A DNA stretch of 58,994 bases from an uncultured Campylobacter sp. (GTDB taxonomy: Bacteria; Campylobacterota; Campylobacteria; Campylobacterales; Campylobacteraceae): the NCBI RefSeq assembly GCF_937965895.1, contig NZ_CALCKS010000178.1; one strand, written 5' to 3'. The notes below the pieces were generated by a model that saw only the letters and a program-made list of their open reading frames with translations, searched no databases and had not been told where the DNA came from. Each line of letters begins with the position of its first letter. Position 1 is the first letter of the stretch. The translations under genes were made by a program, and so were the position numbers. Positions 20,260-29,767 of the stretch are shown here, piece after piece.

Positions 20260-21057
20260 GTGAAGCCAGCTATTCTTATTTCCAATCTTTTAATCAAAAA
20301 CTACGTCAAAATCACCGATGCTTTGCGCTCTATCCTTGATAAATACGATATAAAATGCGAAATTTTAGAAACTAAAGACATTTGGATGAGGGACTTTATG
20401 CCGTTTTTGCTTGATGATGGGCGCATTGCATCTTACGTTTACGATCCGGACTATCTAAAAAGCGATAAGTATAACCACCTAAGAACCAAAATCCGATATA
20501 CAAGCAACCATATAGACTTAGTTATAGACGGCGGAAATTTCATAAGGCATAAAAATAAAGCCATAATGACCGATAAAATTTTCAAGGAAAATCCACTGAA
20601 AACAAAAGCCGAGATCGTGGAGACCATAAAGCAAAAATGCGCGCTAAACGAGCTTATAATCATACCAAGACAGCCATACGATATGCTAGGGCACAGCGAT
20701 GGCATGGTAAGGTGGATAGATGAAAATAGCGTGCTGGTAAATGACTTTTCAAATGAGAGCAAAAGCTTTAATGATAGGCTCACAAAAGCGCTTAAAAAGA
20801 GTGGCTTGGATGTGAAATTTATGAAGTATAAAGAGGGATTTTTCACTAAAAAGAGAGACTGGGGCGCTTACTTAAATTTTATTAAAATTAAGGATATTTT
20901 AATAGTTCCGATATACGGCATAGATGAGGATGATGCGGCGGTGGAGCAAATCAGGAAATTTTATAGCGGCTGCGCGGTGGAAACGATAAATTTGAGCGAG
21001 ATCATAGAGTATGGCGGGGCGCTACACTGCATAACGGCAGAGAAATTTGGGCGGTAG
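20260..21057 (+). CDS. Agmatine/peptidyl-arginine deiminase family protein
   Basis: DIWMRDF, DGGN, GHSDG, YLNF, GGALHCIT. Confidence 0.9.
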   Translation: MKPAILISNLLIKNYVKITDALRSILDKYDIKCEILETKDIWMRDFMPFLLDDGRIASYVYDPDYLKSDKYNHLRTKIRYTSNHIDLVIDGGNFIRHKNKAIMTDKIFKENPLKTKAEIVETIKQKCALNELIIIPRQPYDMLGHSDGMVRWIDENSVLVNDFSNESKSFNDRLTKALKKSGLDVKFMKYKEGFFTKKRDWGAYLNFIKIKDILIVPIYGIDEDDAAVEQIRKFYSGCAVETINLSEIIEYGGALHCITAEKFGR

Positions 21058-21077
21058 AGTTACCGCCATTTTTAAAA

Positions 21078-21899
21078 CTATTTTTTGTTTTTACTCCAAT
21101 ATTCAAAGTTTTCTGGAAATTCCACATTTTTGTTTAGATAGTTATTCCAAAATTTGTTTATACCTCTGGCAATAGGTTCAAAACTCTCAGCCGACAAAAA
21201 ATCACTTTTTGCATTATTACAAATGTAACAAGCCAAACGACAATTATCTTTTGAATATTTATTTTCTGGCGCTGTTATCACTCGCTCAACTTCTAAAAAT
21301 TTTCCTCTTTGTCTAGCATCTTCATATTGTGTGTTTTTGCTATGAAAATATTTTTTTAGGTCTGCTTCTTCAACGCCGCAATAGCAGCATTTTTTCTCTT
21401 GATTGTTATACCAATTTAAAAATTCATCTCTTCCGCCAAAACCTTCTATTCTATCCGCAGTAGCTAGGCTATTTATTCTTCTATCGTTATCGGCATAATC
21501 AGTAAATGATTCGATATTTAAGTCAATCATATCTTTTTGTGCTACTGTTACACTATCTTTATTTTTACAAATTTCAAATTTATCATTAAAAAGCACCTCC
21601 ATATCAGCATCAAATTTTTTTATCTCAAGCTCAAGCCTATAAAATTTATCATCATCAATGCAACCAATAATTACATTGACATTATTTTTAACTTTTTCCA
21701 ATATTTCTTTTTTTAATAAAAGCCTATATTTCTTATCGGCTCTTTTTGAAATACTTTTTACAATCACCTTCTCGTCGTCTTTTTCAGTATAAAACCAGTC
21801 ACTGGGATTAGATATAAAATTCTCAAATCTTTTGTCTGTTAAAATATATGCTCTTGTTCTAAGCGTTAATTTCTCTATCATATTTTTCCTCTCCTCCAT
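21078..21899 (-). CDS. HNH endonuclease
   Basis: CCYCG...EVER...NCRLACYICNNAKS. Confidence 0.8.
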   Translation of the reverse strand: MEERKNMIEKLTLRTRAYILTDKRFENFISNPSDWFYTEKDDEKVIVKSISKRADKKYRLLLKKEILEKVKNNVNVIIGCIDDDKFYRLELEIKKFDADMEVLFNDKFEICKNKDSVTVAQKDMIDLNIESFTDYADNDRRINSLATADRIEGFGGRDEFLNWYNNQEKKCCYCGVEEADLKKYFHSKNTQYEDARQRGKFLEVERVITAPENKYSKDNCRLACYICNNAKSDFLSAESFEPIARGINKFWNNYLNKNVEFPENFEYWSKNKK

Positions 21900-21928
21900 A
21901 AATTTTTGCCATTATACCAAAAAAACGC

Positions 21929-21943
21929 AGACACAGAATGTCC
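21929..21943. promoter_or_regulatory. Bidirectional GAC-N7-GTC box
   Basis: AGAC-ACAGAAT-GTCC; TATAAT (minus, 21916) and TACAAT (plus, 21956), each 12 bp away. Confidence 0.7.
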
Positions 21944-21989
21944 AATCCAATCGGCTACAATATACCATAAATTCATACAAGGATACGAC

Positions 21990-23492
21990 ATGAAAAAATA
22001 CGCGAAAATACGCATAAAGACCGCAAAAACATATGCGATAGCGATCAAGGAAGCTGGACCGCAAGAGATAGATTATAAAGCGTTGGAATCAAGTAGCGAT
22101 CCGCTAGAAAAGTTAAATTTTACTCAGGAAAATACACTACTATTACCAATCCTAGATAACATCTATATCGGCAAAACTCAGCATTCAAATACAAGAGGCT
22201 TATATACTTATGATATTTTTGTGGAGATTTACGAAAATGGCATACAAAAAGACGCTAAGCATTTTTACGGTCACGAGGCAAATAATTTTTGTTATGATAC
22301 GTTTTTTCCAAATAATTTTTTAAAATCTAAAAACAACGATAAAGCTTCCATAGTCAAACTCGATGAGATAGGCGCTAGCGAAACATTTTATGAATTTGAA
22401 CTTGAGCCAAAAGAAAAATTTGATATAAAAAATTTGTTTATTTCAAACATGCCTTTGAGCGTTTTAGAGCTTGATGGCGAATGCGCTTTAAAAGGAGTGT
22501 ACTACGTAAAAAACCTAGCCGACTACATACAAAAGCTACATTTAAACGAAATACTCGTAGATACCGTAAATTTTGAGGATAGATTATTTTGCAAAATTAG
22601 TGAACATGATTTATTTCAAAGAGCCGCCAAAAGAAATAATTTCATAAAAGAGCTAGAAAAAATCGAACTAAAGCAGATAAATATAAAAACAAAAACGAGC
22701 ATTAACCAAAGGTATATTATTTTTATGACTAACGGCTTTTTAGTGGAAAAATACATCAAAAAGGACTATAACAATGGCGTAGATATCTGTATAGAAGGCT
22801 TTGGAGCGCGGTATTTTGAGTTTGGAAGTATCAAAAAAGACAATATCGATATGATAGGCAATATATCTAAAGGCAAGTATTATAATATTTTTGGGTGTTA
22901 CGAAGACAAGATGTTGTGCGTTTATCCGAGTAATGCAAAATTTTTAATAGAAGATAAGCAGATAAAAGATTGGGAGAGGCTGATTTTTAGGATCCCGATT
23001 AATGACTTACCAGATAACGATCACATGCTATACACAAGGAGATCGAAAGAAGAAATAGTAAAGATAGCCTTTAATATCCCACTAGACCGAGATAATTTTG
23101 CATTAGATGATTTATATATAATTGTTTATAGTTTGCCCATAAAAGATGACTTTAATATAATCGGAGGTTTTTACCATATACCTAAAGCCATAGCAAAACA
23201 CATAATGGACGTATGTGGTAAGCAAGGAGAGCCAAGGGATCATATAGAGGAAATTTTTAAAGAGATTGAGAAAAATTGGAGCAAGAAGCATTACTTTGGG
23301 GTTGGTCAACATACCACTATTGAATATTTAGACAATCTTTTTAATGCCTTAAGAATAAATGCTATCTGCGACAAAATAGAGTCAAATGAATATGATGTAA
23401 AAATATATGACAGCGATATGAACGTCGTAAAAAATAAGACTTTAGTTTTTGTTAAAAACTCACAAAGTGACCCCATATACCTAATTGTATAA
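21990..23492 (+). CDS. Hypothetical protein (500 aa)
   Basis: Long ORF; AAGGA RBS before MKKYAKI; no recognised motif. Confidence 0.75.
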   Translation: MKKYAKIRIKTAKTYAIAIKEAGPQEIDYKALESSSDPLEKLNFTQENTLLLPILDNIYIGKTQHSNTRGLYTYDIFVEIYENGIQKDAKHFYGHEANNFCYDTFFPNNFLKSKNNDKASIVKLDEIGASETFYEFELEPKEKFDIKNLFISNMPLSVLELDGECALKGVYYVKNLADYIQKLHLNEILVDTVNFEDRLFCKISEHDLFQRAAKRNNFIKELEKIELKQINIKTKTSINQRYIIFMTNGFLVEKYIKKDYNNGVDICIEGFGARYFEFGSIKKDNIDMIGNISKGKYYNIFGCYEDKMLCVYPSNAKFLIEDKQIKDWERLIFRIPINDLPDNDHMLYTRRSKEEIVKIAFNIPLDRDNFALDDLYIIVYSLPIKDDFNIIGGFYHIPKAIAKHIMDVCGKQGEPRDHIEEIFKEIEKNWSKKHYFGVGQHTTIEYLDNLFNALRINAICDKIESNEYDVKIYDSDMNVVKNKTLVFVKNSQSDPIYLIV

Positions 23493-23657
23493 ATTTTCTT
23501 GTCACTTTAATCAAATCACCATTTCTGCTCTTAGAGTTTTAAATATACGGTAAGCTTGTTGGTACGTTGATTTGTTTGCTTATATGATTTACGGTTTTAT
23601 ATATTTTGTACACAAATAAATATACCAAAATATGCTCACCTCCCCTACATTAACTAT

Positions 23658-24698
23658 TTAATTATCTTCTAAAATTTCGCAAAGTAGCCATCCAAACGGC
23701 TGTTTATTTATAAGCCATATAGTAGTTTCCTCATCTCCAAAAGATGGTTTTTGCCCTTTGCCCTTCATTATTTTTATCTTTCTCACGCCATCTACCGTAA
23801 CAGCCCTTGCGCCGCTATGTTTACCGACTCTCAATAAAAATTGATTGTCTGCTAGTTTTAAATTTTCATATTTTTCAATAAACTTGTCAGATAGTGCTTC
23901 GCGCGTAAATTCATCTGTTTTATAGCTAAATTGAGAGGCAAATATCGGCATATAGTGAGAGTTACAAGCTGTTATCAGCTCTTTTATATTAAATTTACCA
24001 TTTTCTATCGTAAATACCGTCTCAAATTCACTTTTTGAATTTATAGCCTCATATCGCACTTTCACGCCTTTACCGCCATCATCCTTAGAGGCCCTATTTC
24101 TCCTTATATTTACCGCATCGGCGACAAATGTGTGCGACTGTATAACATTACTATCAGCAACCGAGAAATTACTAAAATATTCTTTTGTGTCATAATTTCT
24201 TGCTTTTTTATAAAGCATTTCGCCAAAGGCTGTCGCTATTGCCCCTTTTAAAGAGCTACCAGGGATTATGGCCTTTTTAAGATTTGGAGATATGAATGTT
24301 TTTTCGATGATCAGATGATTTATGACTTTTTTACCACCACCTTCTTTTTGTACTGCCCTACCTATTTTTTCCCTATATTCCTTTGCTACTTTTGGGGATA
24401 CTAAAATCTTTTGAAAAGATTTTTTCTTAGCTAAGGCACTTTTGTCTTTTATAAATTTCTGCAATGCAAACAATGTATCTCCAGATAAATTTGAAACTAT
24501 TTTTCCGAATTCCTCTTTAGACTTATCATCAAGTCCTTTAACAAATTCAAATTCATCAAAAACATACATATAGTCCTTGCCGTCTTTTAAATCCACATCT
24601 ATGACATAATTCATGGGCTCATAGGCCTCGCCGGTGCCTATATGTATCGGGCTTATAGGTTTTAGTTTTATCTTATAGTTTTTAGTTTCATTGCGCAT
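23658..24698 (-). CDS. csm5: Type III-A RAMP Csm5
   Basis: SPIHIGTG, IPGSSLKGAI, LRVGKHSG, PFGW. Confidence 0.9.
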   Translation of the reverse strand: MRNETKNYKIKLKPISPIHIGTGEAYEPMNYVIDVDLKDGKDYMYVFDEFEFVKGLDDKSKEEFGKIVSNLSGDTLFALQKFIKDKSALAKKKSFQKILVSPKVAKEYREKIGRAVQKEGGGKKVINHLIIEKTFISPNLKKAIIPGSSLKGAIATAFGEMLYKKARNYDTKEYFSNFSVADSNVIQSHTFVADAVNIRRNRASKDDGGKGVKVRYEAINSKSEFETVFTIENGKFNIKELITACNSHYMPIFASQFSYKTDEFTREALSDKFIEKYENLKLADNQFLLRVGKHSGARAVTVDGVRKIKIMKGKGQKPSFGDEETTIWLINKQPFGWLLCEILEDN

Positions 24699-25575
24699 TT
24701 TTTATCTCCGTAGCTATTAGTATGCTATATCCTTGGTGTACCGTGTTCGCATTTGCGGAGTGTCCGCTTATAGCCTTTCCTATATACTCTTTTTCGCAAA
24801 TTTCTTCATATACCGCCACGCTACCGCTATCGGCCATTAGAATAGGGCTTTTAAAAGGATTCGTGTTTGCAAGCCCTCCGCCATGTTTGCCAAATCTCGT
24901 AAACGGCTCATAGTAAAATTCTTTTAAATTTTCATCATCTATCACGACTAGACTAAGCGTCATAAAGGCATTTGAACTATTTTTAACAGATACCTTTTCA
25001 AACGCGCTATACTCAAACGTCCCTTTGCCTATGCTAGCTCTCTTGCCGTAGCCGCTCTTAGATACAACATCAAGCGCTTTTTCTAGCTCATCAAGCTTAA
25101 ATCTATCATCTAGCAAAAAGTAGATATCTTGCTTACTAAATTTCATCTCCACCAAAGCATATGGCGCAAATTTACCGCTGTCATCGGTTGTAAACGTGAG
25201 ATAGTTTATGGAGTTTTTGATCGTTGCATTCTTTGTTAGCTCATAGTCGATCTCTTTGCTTGTTTTAGCATTTTTGAAATTTCCACCTTGCAAATCCTCC
25301 ATGCTAAGCCAAATTTTCTTTCTATTTTCTTTTTTTAGATCCAAATTTTCGCCCAAAAGATGACTTGGCATACTAGGCTTTGGCAAATATCCGCTAGCAA
25401 AACCATCAGATACTATCAAAAACGGCTTTTTATCGTAGTCACTTAATAGCTCATTTAGCCTATCTTCCCCGAGTGCGTATCTGATCGCCCAGCAAATTTG
25501 CCCAAACAAGGTATCGCCTTTTAACGGCGTAGTAAAATTTGACTTAGGCGTTATGGTAGTTTTATAAAGCGTCAT
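24688..25575 (-). CDS. csm4: Type III-A RAMP Csm4 (Cas5 family)
   Basis: GDTLFGQICW, SDGF..YLPKP, GYGKRASIGKG. Confidence 0.9.
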   Translation of the reverse strand: MTLYKTTITPKSNFTTPLKGDTLFGQICWAIRYALGEDRLNELLSDYDKKPFLIVSDGFASGYLPKPSMPSHLLGENLDLKKENRKKIWLSMEDLQGGNFKNAKTSKEIDYELTKNATIKNSINYLTFTTDDSGKFAPYALVEMKFSKQDIYFLLDDRFKLDELEKALDVVSKSGYGKRASIGKGTFEYSAFEKVSVKNSSNAFMTLSLVVIDDENLKEFYYEPFTRFGKHGGGLANTNPFKSPILMADSGSVAVYEEICEKEYIGKAISGHSANANTVHQGYSILIATEIKNAQ

Positions 25576-26210
25576 TATTCCCACTCCCACTCGAATTTAA
25601 CCCTTCCGTAACCTCTTGAGCCGCTACCGCCTAGATAATCGTTTTCTATTAGCTTAAGTCCGCTCTCAACCATCTGTTTTAGCTCGTTTTCGTTGTCGTT
25701 ATAAGGCTCTTTTTCATCAAAAACTTTTAGTCTGATAACTAGATCAAATTTTACTCCAGCCGGCACGCGCTCGATCTGGCGCGGGTGCTCAGCAGTTCCG
25801 CTTTCTCTGTTGATCACGTTTTCATATTTTGCTTCGCTTAGTTTTAGACCTTCGCTCTCTTTAGATAACACGCAATCACCTACGCTTATTCTAGTAATGC
25901 CAAATTTATTCTCTTTATCGCCAAAAATTTTTAGTAAATTTTGAGCTGATTTTTTATCTGGATCTGGGACTTTTTCTAAAATTTTAGAGTTAAAAACCTC
26001 GCCTTCGCCATAACTAACTAGCCTATTATTCCACTCTAGCAGGCTTCTCATTTTGCCCTTTAGTGAGCTTCCAGGGATATAAGGCTTATTTGTGTTTATA
26101 TCTTTTATCACCTGCGAGTCTATACCGCCTATCTTCATAGTATCATCGCCGCCACCTATATGAAGTCCGCTTAAAAGCTCTATTTGTCCCTTTAAAGTTA
26201 AAATTTTCAT
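25575..26210 (-). CDS. csm3: Type III-A Csm3 (Cas7 RNase)
   Basis: GLHIGG, IGGIDS (catalytic Asp), PYIPGSSLKGKMRSLLE, LGGSGSRGYG. Confidence 0.95.
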   Translation of the reverse strand: MKILTLKGQIELLSGLHIGGGDDTMKIGGIDSQVIKDINTNKPYIPGSSLKGKMRSLLEWNNRLVSYGEGEVFNSKILEKVPDPDKKSAQNLLKIFGDKENKFGITRISVGDCVLSKESEGLKLSEAKYENVINRESGTAEHPRQIERVPAGVKFDLVIRLKVFDEKEPYNDNENELKQMVESGLKLIENDYLGGSGSRGYGRVKFEWEWE

Positions 26211-26219
26211 ATTCTCTCC

Positions 26220-26624
26220 TTATTTTTTAGAAAAGCCGATAACGGCCTCAAAAAAGAGTTTAAATACCCTTAGATCATCTTTTGTTGCCACCTGAGCCAC
26301 ACATTTGTTTATCATCTCAACGAATTCATTACTAGAATGTTTTCTGGCGTTTGAATAAGCCGCTTTTGAATTTAGCATCTTTACAAATGGCAAAATTTCG
26401 CTAAAGTCTTCGGTGTTTGATTTTTGCTCTAACTCTATGACATAGTCATAAAATGCTCTCATTTGCGTAGCCTTTGTTCCTGATATTTTCTCAGCAACCG
26501 TTTTTGCCGTTGTATCAAACAAATTTGGATCTTTTTTGTAGTCTAAAACGATTGGCGGCAAAGAGTTTGCTTGCGGTTTATTGCCGGCATTATAATTGCC
26601 ACCGCCATTTCTATATCCATTCAT
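26220..26624 (-). CDS. csm2: Type III-A small subunit Csm2
   Basis: TQMRAFYD, AAY..AR, FKLFFEAVIGF. Confidence 0.92.
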   Translation of the reverse strand: MNGYRNGGGNYNAGNKPQANSLPPIVLDYKKDPNLFDTTAKTVAEKISGTKATQMRAFYDYVIELEQKSNTEDFSEILPFVKMLNSKAAYSNARKHSSNEFVEMINKCVAQVATKDDLRVFKLFFEAVIGFSKK

Positions 26625-28138
26625 CGCTCTCTCCTTTTATATATGTATTCACAAATAGCCATTTTGCTCTCCTTTGGATTGTTTTCTATCACATTATTTA
26701 GCATAAGAAGTAGCTCATTCATATCGCCGCCCCCTTGCTTACCCTGCATATTTCTAGTGAAGCTATAACTTAGCTTTGACTTCCACATCGTATTTCTTAC
26801 GTCCTCGCATACATTTTTACTCATCTCGCAAAGCTCAAGTAGTCTATACAAAAACGCCGTATTGTCTATATTAAATTTCACAAACTCATCTAAAATTTTA
26901 CTTCTGACGCTTAAATAGCTCTCCCACTTAGCAGTCTCGCCAAATATACTAATCGCGTCTTTTCCACTCATCTCTTTTGAGCTCTCCAGCCATTTTTCGC
27001 TAGTTTGAGCTAGAAAGCTTATAGGCGTAGATGGTTTTGCTAAAATGACGCCAAAAGATATGCTTAGATCTTTTGTCTTTATAAATTTCATAAACTCTTG
27101 CCTTACAAAAACAGCAAGCTCTATCATCTGGTCATAACTACCAACTATCAGCAGATCATCTCCTCCCGCAAAGACCGTGTAGCTATTTTCAAATTTCTCT
27201 TTCATCTTGCGTGGCACATATAGAGAGAAAAAGTTATTTATCCCCTTTGAAAATGTGTCAAAATTTGCAAAGCTTTGCGTCACGTCGCTATGTTTTATGA
27301 AATTTCCCATATTATCCACGTCGGCTTTTATTACAGCGATCGCATTATCTCCGCGCGATTTTTTAGCCAGATCTTCAAAGTCTACTATCTCACCTGCATT
27401 TTTAGCGACGTATGATCTTATATTTTCCGTTATCTCAAGATCCACGTCCATAAAGTCTATGCCTATAGCTTTGCTATTTACCTTCTTGCTATCGCTAGCC
27501 AACCTCTCGCCAAGACGCACAAAGGCACTGCAAATTTCGCATTTGTCCTTATCGTGCACTATCTTTCTTATGTTGCAAATTCTGCAAAGGGTTTGATTTG
27601 TTATGCCCTTATCATATGAAAGCACGGGCTCTTGCTCTTTTAAATTTAGCTTTTTAAATTTCTCTAGTTCTACAGTCTTGCTGATCTTATCTCTTAGCTC
27701 TTTATATCGCTGTGGCTCCATAAAGTCCGCCCTCTCACACTCCACGCAAGATAGACTAACACCGCTAACGCCAAAGAAATTTTTTATAAAATAAGCATTT
27801 ACAACGCCTTTTATCTCTTTAAAAATAGCTTCGTCAAATTTAGGGGATAGTATCTCAAATTTACCAGCCGTGCATGACAAGATATGCTTTTCGTCTATGC
27901 TAAATTTTTGGCAGATAAATTTAGACAAAACTACCATGAAAAGTTCGCAAAATGCAGACTTTGCCCTTAGCACTTTGGCTGCATTTTTTGAGCCTAGGTT
28001 GTCAAATATAAATTTTTGTATCCCGTAAAAATCCCCGCCGATTAAAAACATCTTATCTTGCAATATCTCATCTATATCTTTTGATCTTTGCTCCAAAGCG
28101 GCAAACTCATCGCTAAAATAACTGCTAAATTTGCTCAT
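26621..28138 (-). CDS. cas10: Cas10/Csm1 lacking the N-terminal HD domain, cyclase motif intact
   Basis: GDFYGIQKFIF ~30 aa from the start, CRIC/CEIC Zn finger, ADVDNMG, FAGGDD; only 505 aa. Confidence 0.92.
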   Translation of the reverse strand: MSKFSSYFSDEFAALEQRSKDIDEILQDKMFLIGGDFYGIQKFIFDNLGSKNAAKVLRAKSAFCELFMVVLSKFICQKFSIDEKHILSCTAGKFEILSPKFDEAIFKEIKGVVNAYFIKNFFGVSGVSLSCVECERADFMEPQRYKELRDKISKTVELEKFKKLNLKEQEPVLSYDKGITNQTLCRICNIRKIVHDKDKCEICSAFVRLGERLASDSKKVNSKAIGIDFMDVDLEITENIRSYVAKNAGEIVDFEDLAKKSRGDNAIAVIKADVDNMGNFIKHSDVTQSFANFDTFSKGINNFFSLYVPRKMKEKFENSYTVFAGGDDLLIVGSYDQMIELAVFVRQEFMKFIKTKDLSISFGVILAKPSTPISFLAQTSEKWLESSKEMSGKDAISIFGETAKWESYLSVRSKILDEFVKFNIDNTAFLYRLLELCEMSKNVCEDVRNTMWKSKLSYSFTRNMQGKQGGGDMNELLLMLNNVIENNPKESKMAICEYIYKRRER

Positions 28139-28961
28139 TCATATCCTCCGTTTTTATTTTTCCTAGTCCAAAAACAGTCTGCTTCCCTACGCCTATTATC
28201 TCGCCTAGCTTTAGTAGCTCCATGCACTCTTTGCTAACGCCTTTTATCTCCAAAGAGCCTACTAGTCCGCCAAAATTCATAGTAGTATTTTGCCTATTAC
28301 TACGCCTAGTTAGCTCCACGTATCTTAGATCCTTTTTGGTTATTTCGCCTTTTACTTCAAATGGCAACGCCTCATGATCTTGTCCAAAGAGGCTTAGCCT
28401 TCTTTGGTAGATGGAGTTTAATATCTCTTTTAGACTTATATTGTCATTTTTTAAAAAAACATTCTCTTTTTTTATCCTTAGCGGTGTTACAAATTTGACC
28501 TTAACGTCGCCACTACAGCCATCAAAGCTAAATTCTTTCACATAATCTCTAGGCAAGCTTATCTTATCGTCCTTTAGGCATGCGCTACCATTTACATACA
28601 TATCAAATTTCTCGTATTTGATCCTATCTTTGCCAAGACCATATCTTTTTAGCATCATATACGCCGCAGAGGCTATATATGGTAGTTTTTCGCACGCATT
28701 TCCTAGCAAAACTATACCAAAATCGTAAATTTCAGCGCCTAGCTCAAAATCGAGTCTATATCTATGGTAGCTATTTTTCTTTTCATAAAAGTCGTAGTAT
28801 AAGCAGCTCTCATTTGCAAAGCACTCGCCACACTTATATGACGGGTTTATACAGCTCACGCTTTTTAGCGCATAACCAAAAGCTCCTCTCACCTGGGAGC
28901 CGATAAAAAACGGCGGCTTTTGCGACGATCTAAACAGCACTCTAAGCTCGGCATATCTCAT
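28125..28961 (-). CDS. cas6: CRISPR endoribonuclease Cas6
   Basis: GSQVRGAFG, Cys cluster, FVTPLRIK, C-terminal GVGKQTVFGLG loop. Confidence 0.92.
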   Translation of the reverse strand: MRYAELRVLFRSSQKPPFFIGSQVRGAFGYALKSVSCINPSYKCGECFANESCLYYDFYEKKNSYHRYRLDFELGAEIYDFGIVLLGNACEKLPYIASAAYMMLKRYGLGKDRIKYEKFDMYVNGSACLKDDKISLPRDYVKEFSFDGCSGDVKVKFVTPLRIKKENVFLKNDNISLKEILNSIYQRRLSLFGQDHEALPFEVKGEITKKDLRYVELTRRSNRQNTTMNFGGLVGSLEIKGVSKECMELLKLGEIIGVGKQTVFGLGKIKTEDMNEQI

Positions 28962-29175
28962 CTGTACCACCCATTTTCACATACTCAAAAAGCTTGCACT
29001 TCATGCTCTCTTTTGCGCCATTGTTTGCATTTGTTTTTATGAATTTTTTAAGATTGGATATAAATTTATTGAGATTTGGTAGTTCTAACGGCATGTCAAG
29101 ACCATTCCTTGCAGTCCTTAGCTCGCGAGAAAATATCAAAATCATACTAGTTTCGTTATTCACTTTACCGCTCAA
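28942..29175 (-). CDS. Short ORF or gene remnant overlapping the cas6 start
   Basis: 77 aa frame coupled to cas6; weak TTG start. Confidence 0.35.
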   Translation of the reverse strand: MSGKVNNETSMILIFSRELRTARNGLDMPLELPNLNKFISNLKKFIKTNANNGAKESMKCKLFEYVKMGGTDEICRA

Positions 29176-29300
29176 TTTTTAATTTCTGTTATTATACATA
29201 AATTAAAAATAAATGTTTATTATTTTTAAGCTTTTTGCTTAAAAATTATTATTTTTTTACATTTTTACGCACGCCCATATCTGTTTTATTTAAATTTTTA

Positions 29301-29432
29301 ATTTGCAAACTTATTTAAGATGATAAATGCCTATTTTAGAGGTTCCTTTACTTGTCATTATTAATTTTATGAAGTTGGTATTTTTTAAATACCGCAATTT
29401 AAACAAATTTGACCAATCTAAGGGACGAAAAT
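29301..29432 (+). repeat. Partial leader copy plus single degenerate CRISPR repeat
   Basis: 29301-29393 aligns with leader 32522-32614; 29397-29432 ATTTAAACAAATTTGACCAATCTAAGGGACGAAAAT shares the first 18 nt of the A-variant repeat. Confidence 0.85.
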
Positions 29433-29499
29433 GCTATAATGGCAGCAAAGGGTGTAAACAGCGGAAATACCAATCAGCTCGATAAGCATTGAAGGCAAA

Positions 29500-29750
29500 A
29501 TGGCAGGCATGATATGACATAGCCAAACATAAAGTCGGCGCCAAATTAAAAATTTATCGCCAGATATCTATACGAGCACTTAGAAATCGGCAGACTATTC
29601 TTAACAGCGATGTAAAATCTATTCAAAAGGTCACACATGAGACTTTTTAACGGAAATAAACAGATTTCTTTAAGCATATATGAACTAAAAGAAAATAGCA
29701 ATTTAGCAAAATTTACCACACATATAGATAATAGAAAAACTCTACCTATT
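29500..29750 (+). pseudogene. Possible decayed second cas2
   Basis: Frame fragments YDIAKHK and IARYLYEHL resemble a Cas2 N-terminus; directly precedes RT-cas1. Confidence 0.35.
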
Positions 29751-29767
29751 TAAAGGCGGGCATCAAT

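Noticed and set aside
29433..29445. Sequence after the orphan repeat matches TATAATGGCA in the HNH promoter (minus strand, 21916-21907)
   Set aside because: Only 10 nt, mostly a -10 hexamer; compatible with chance
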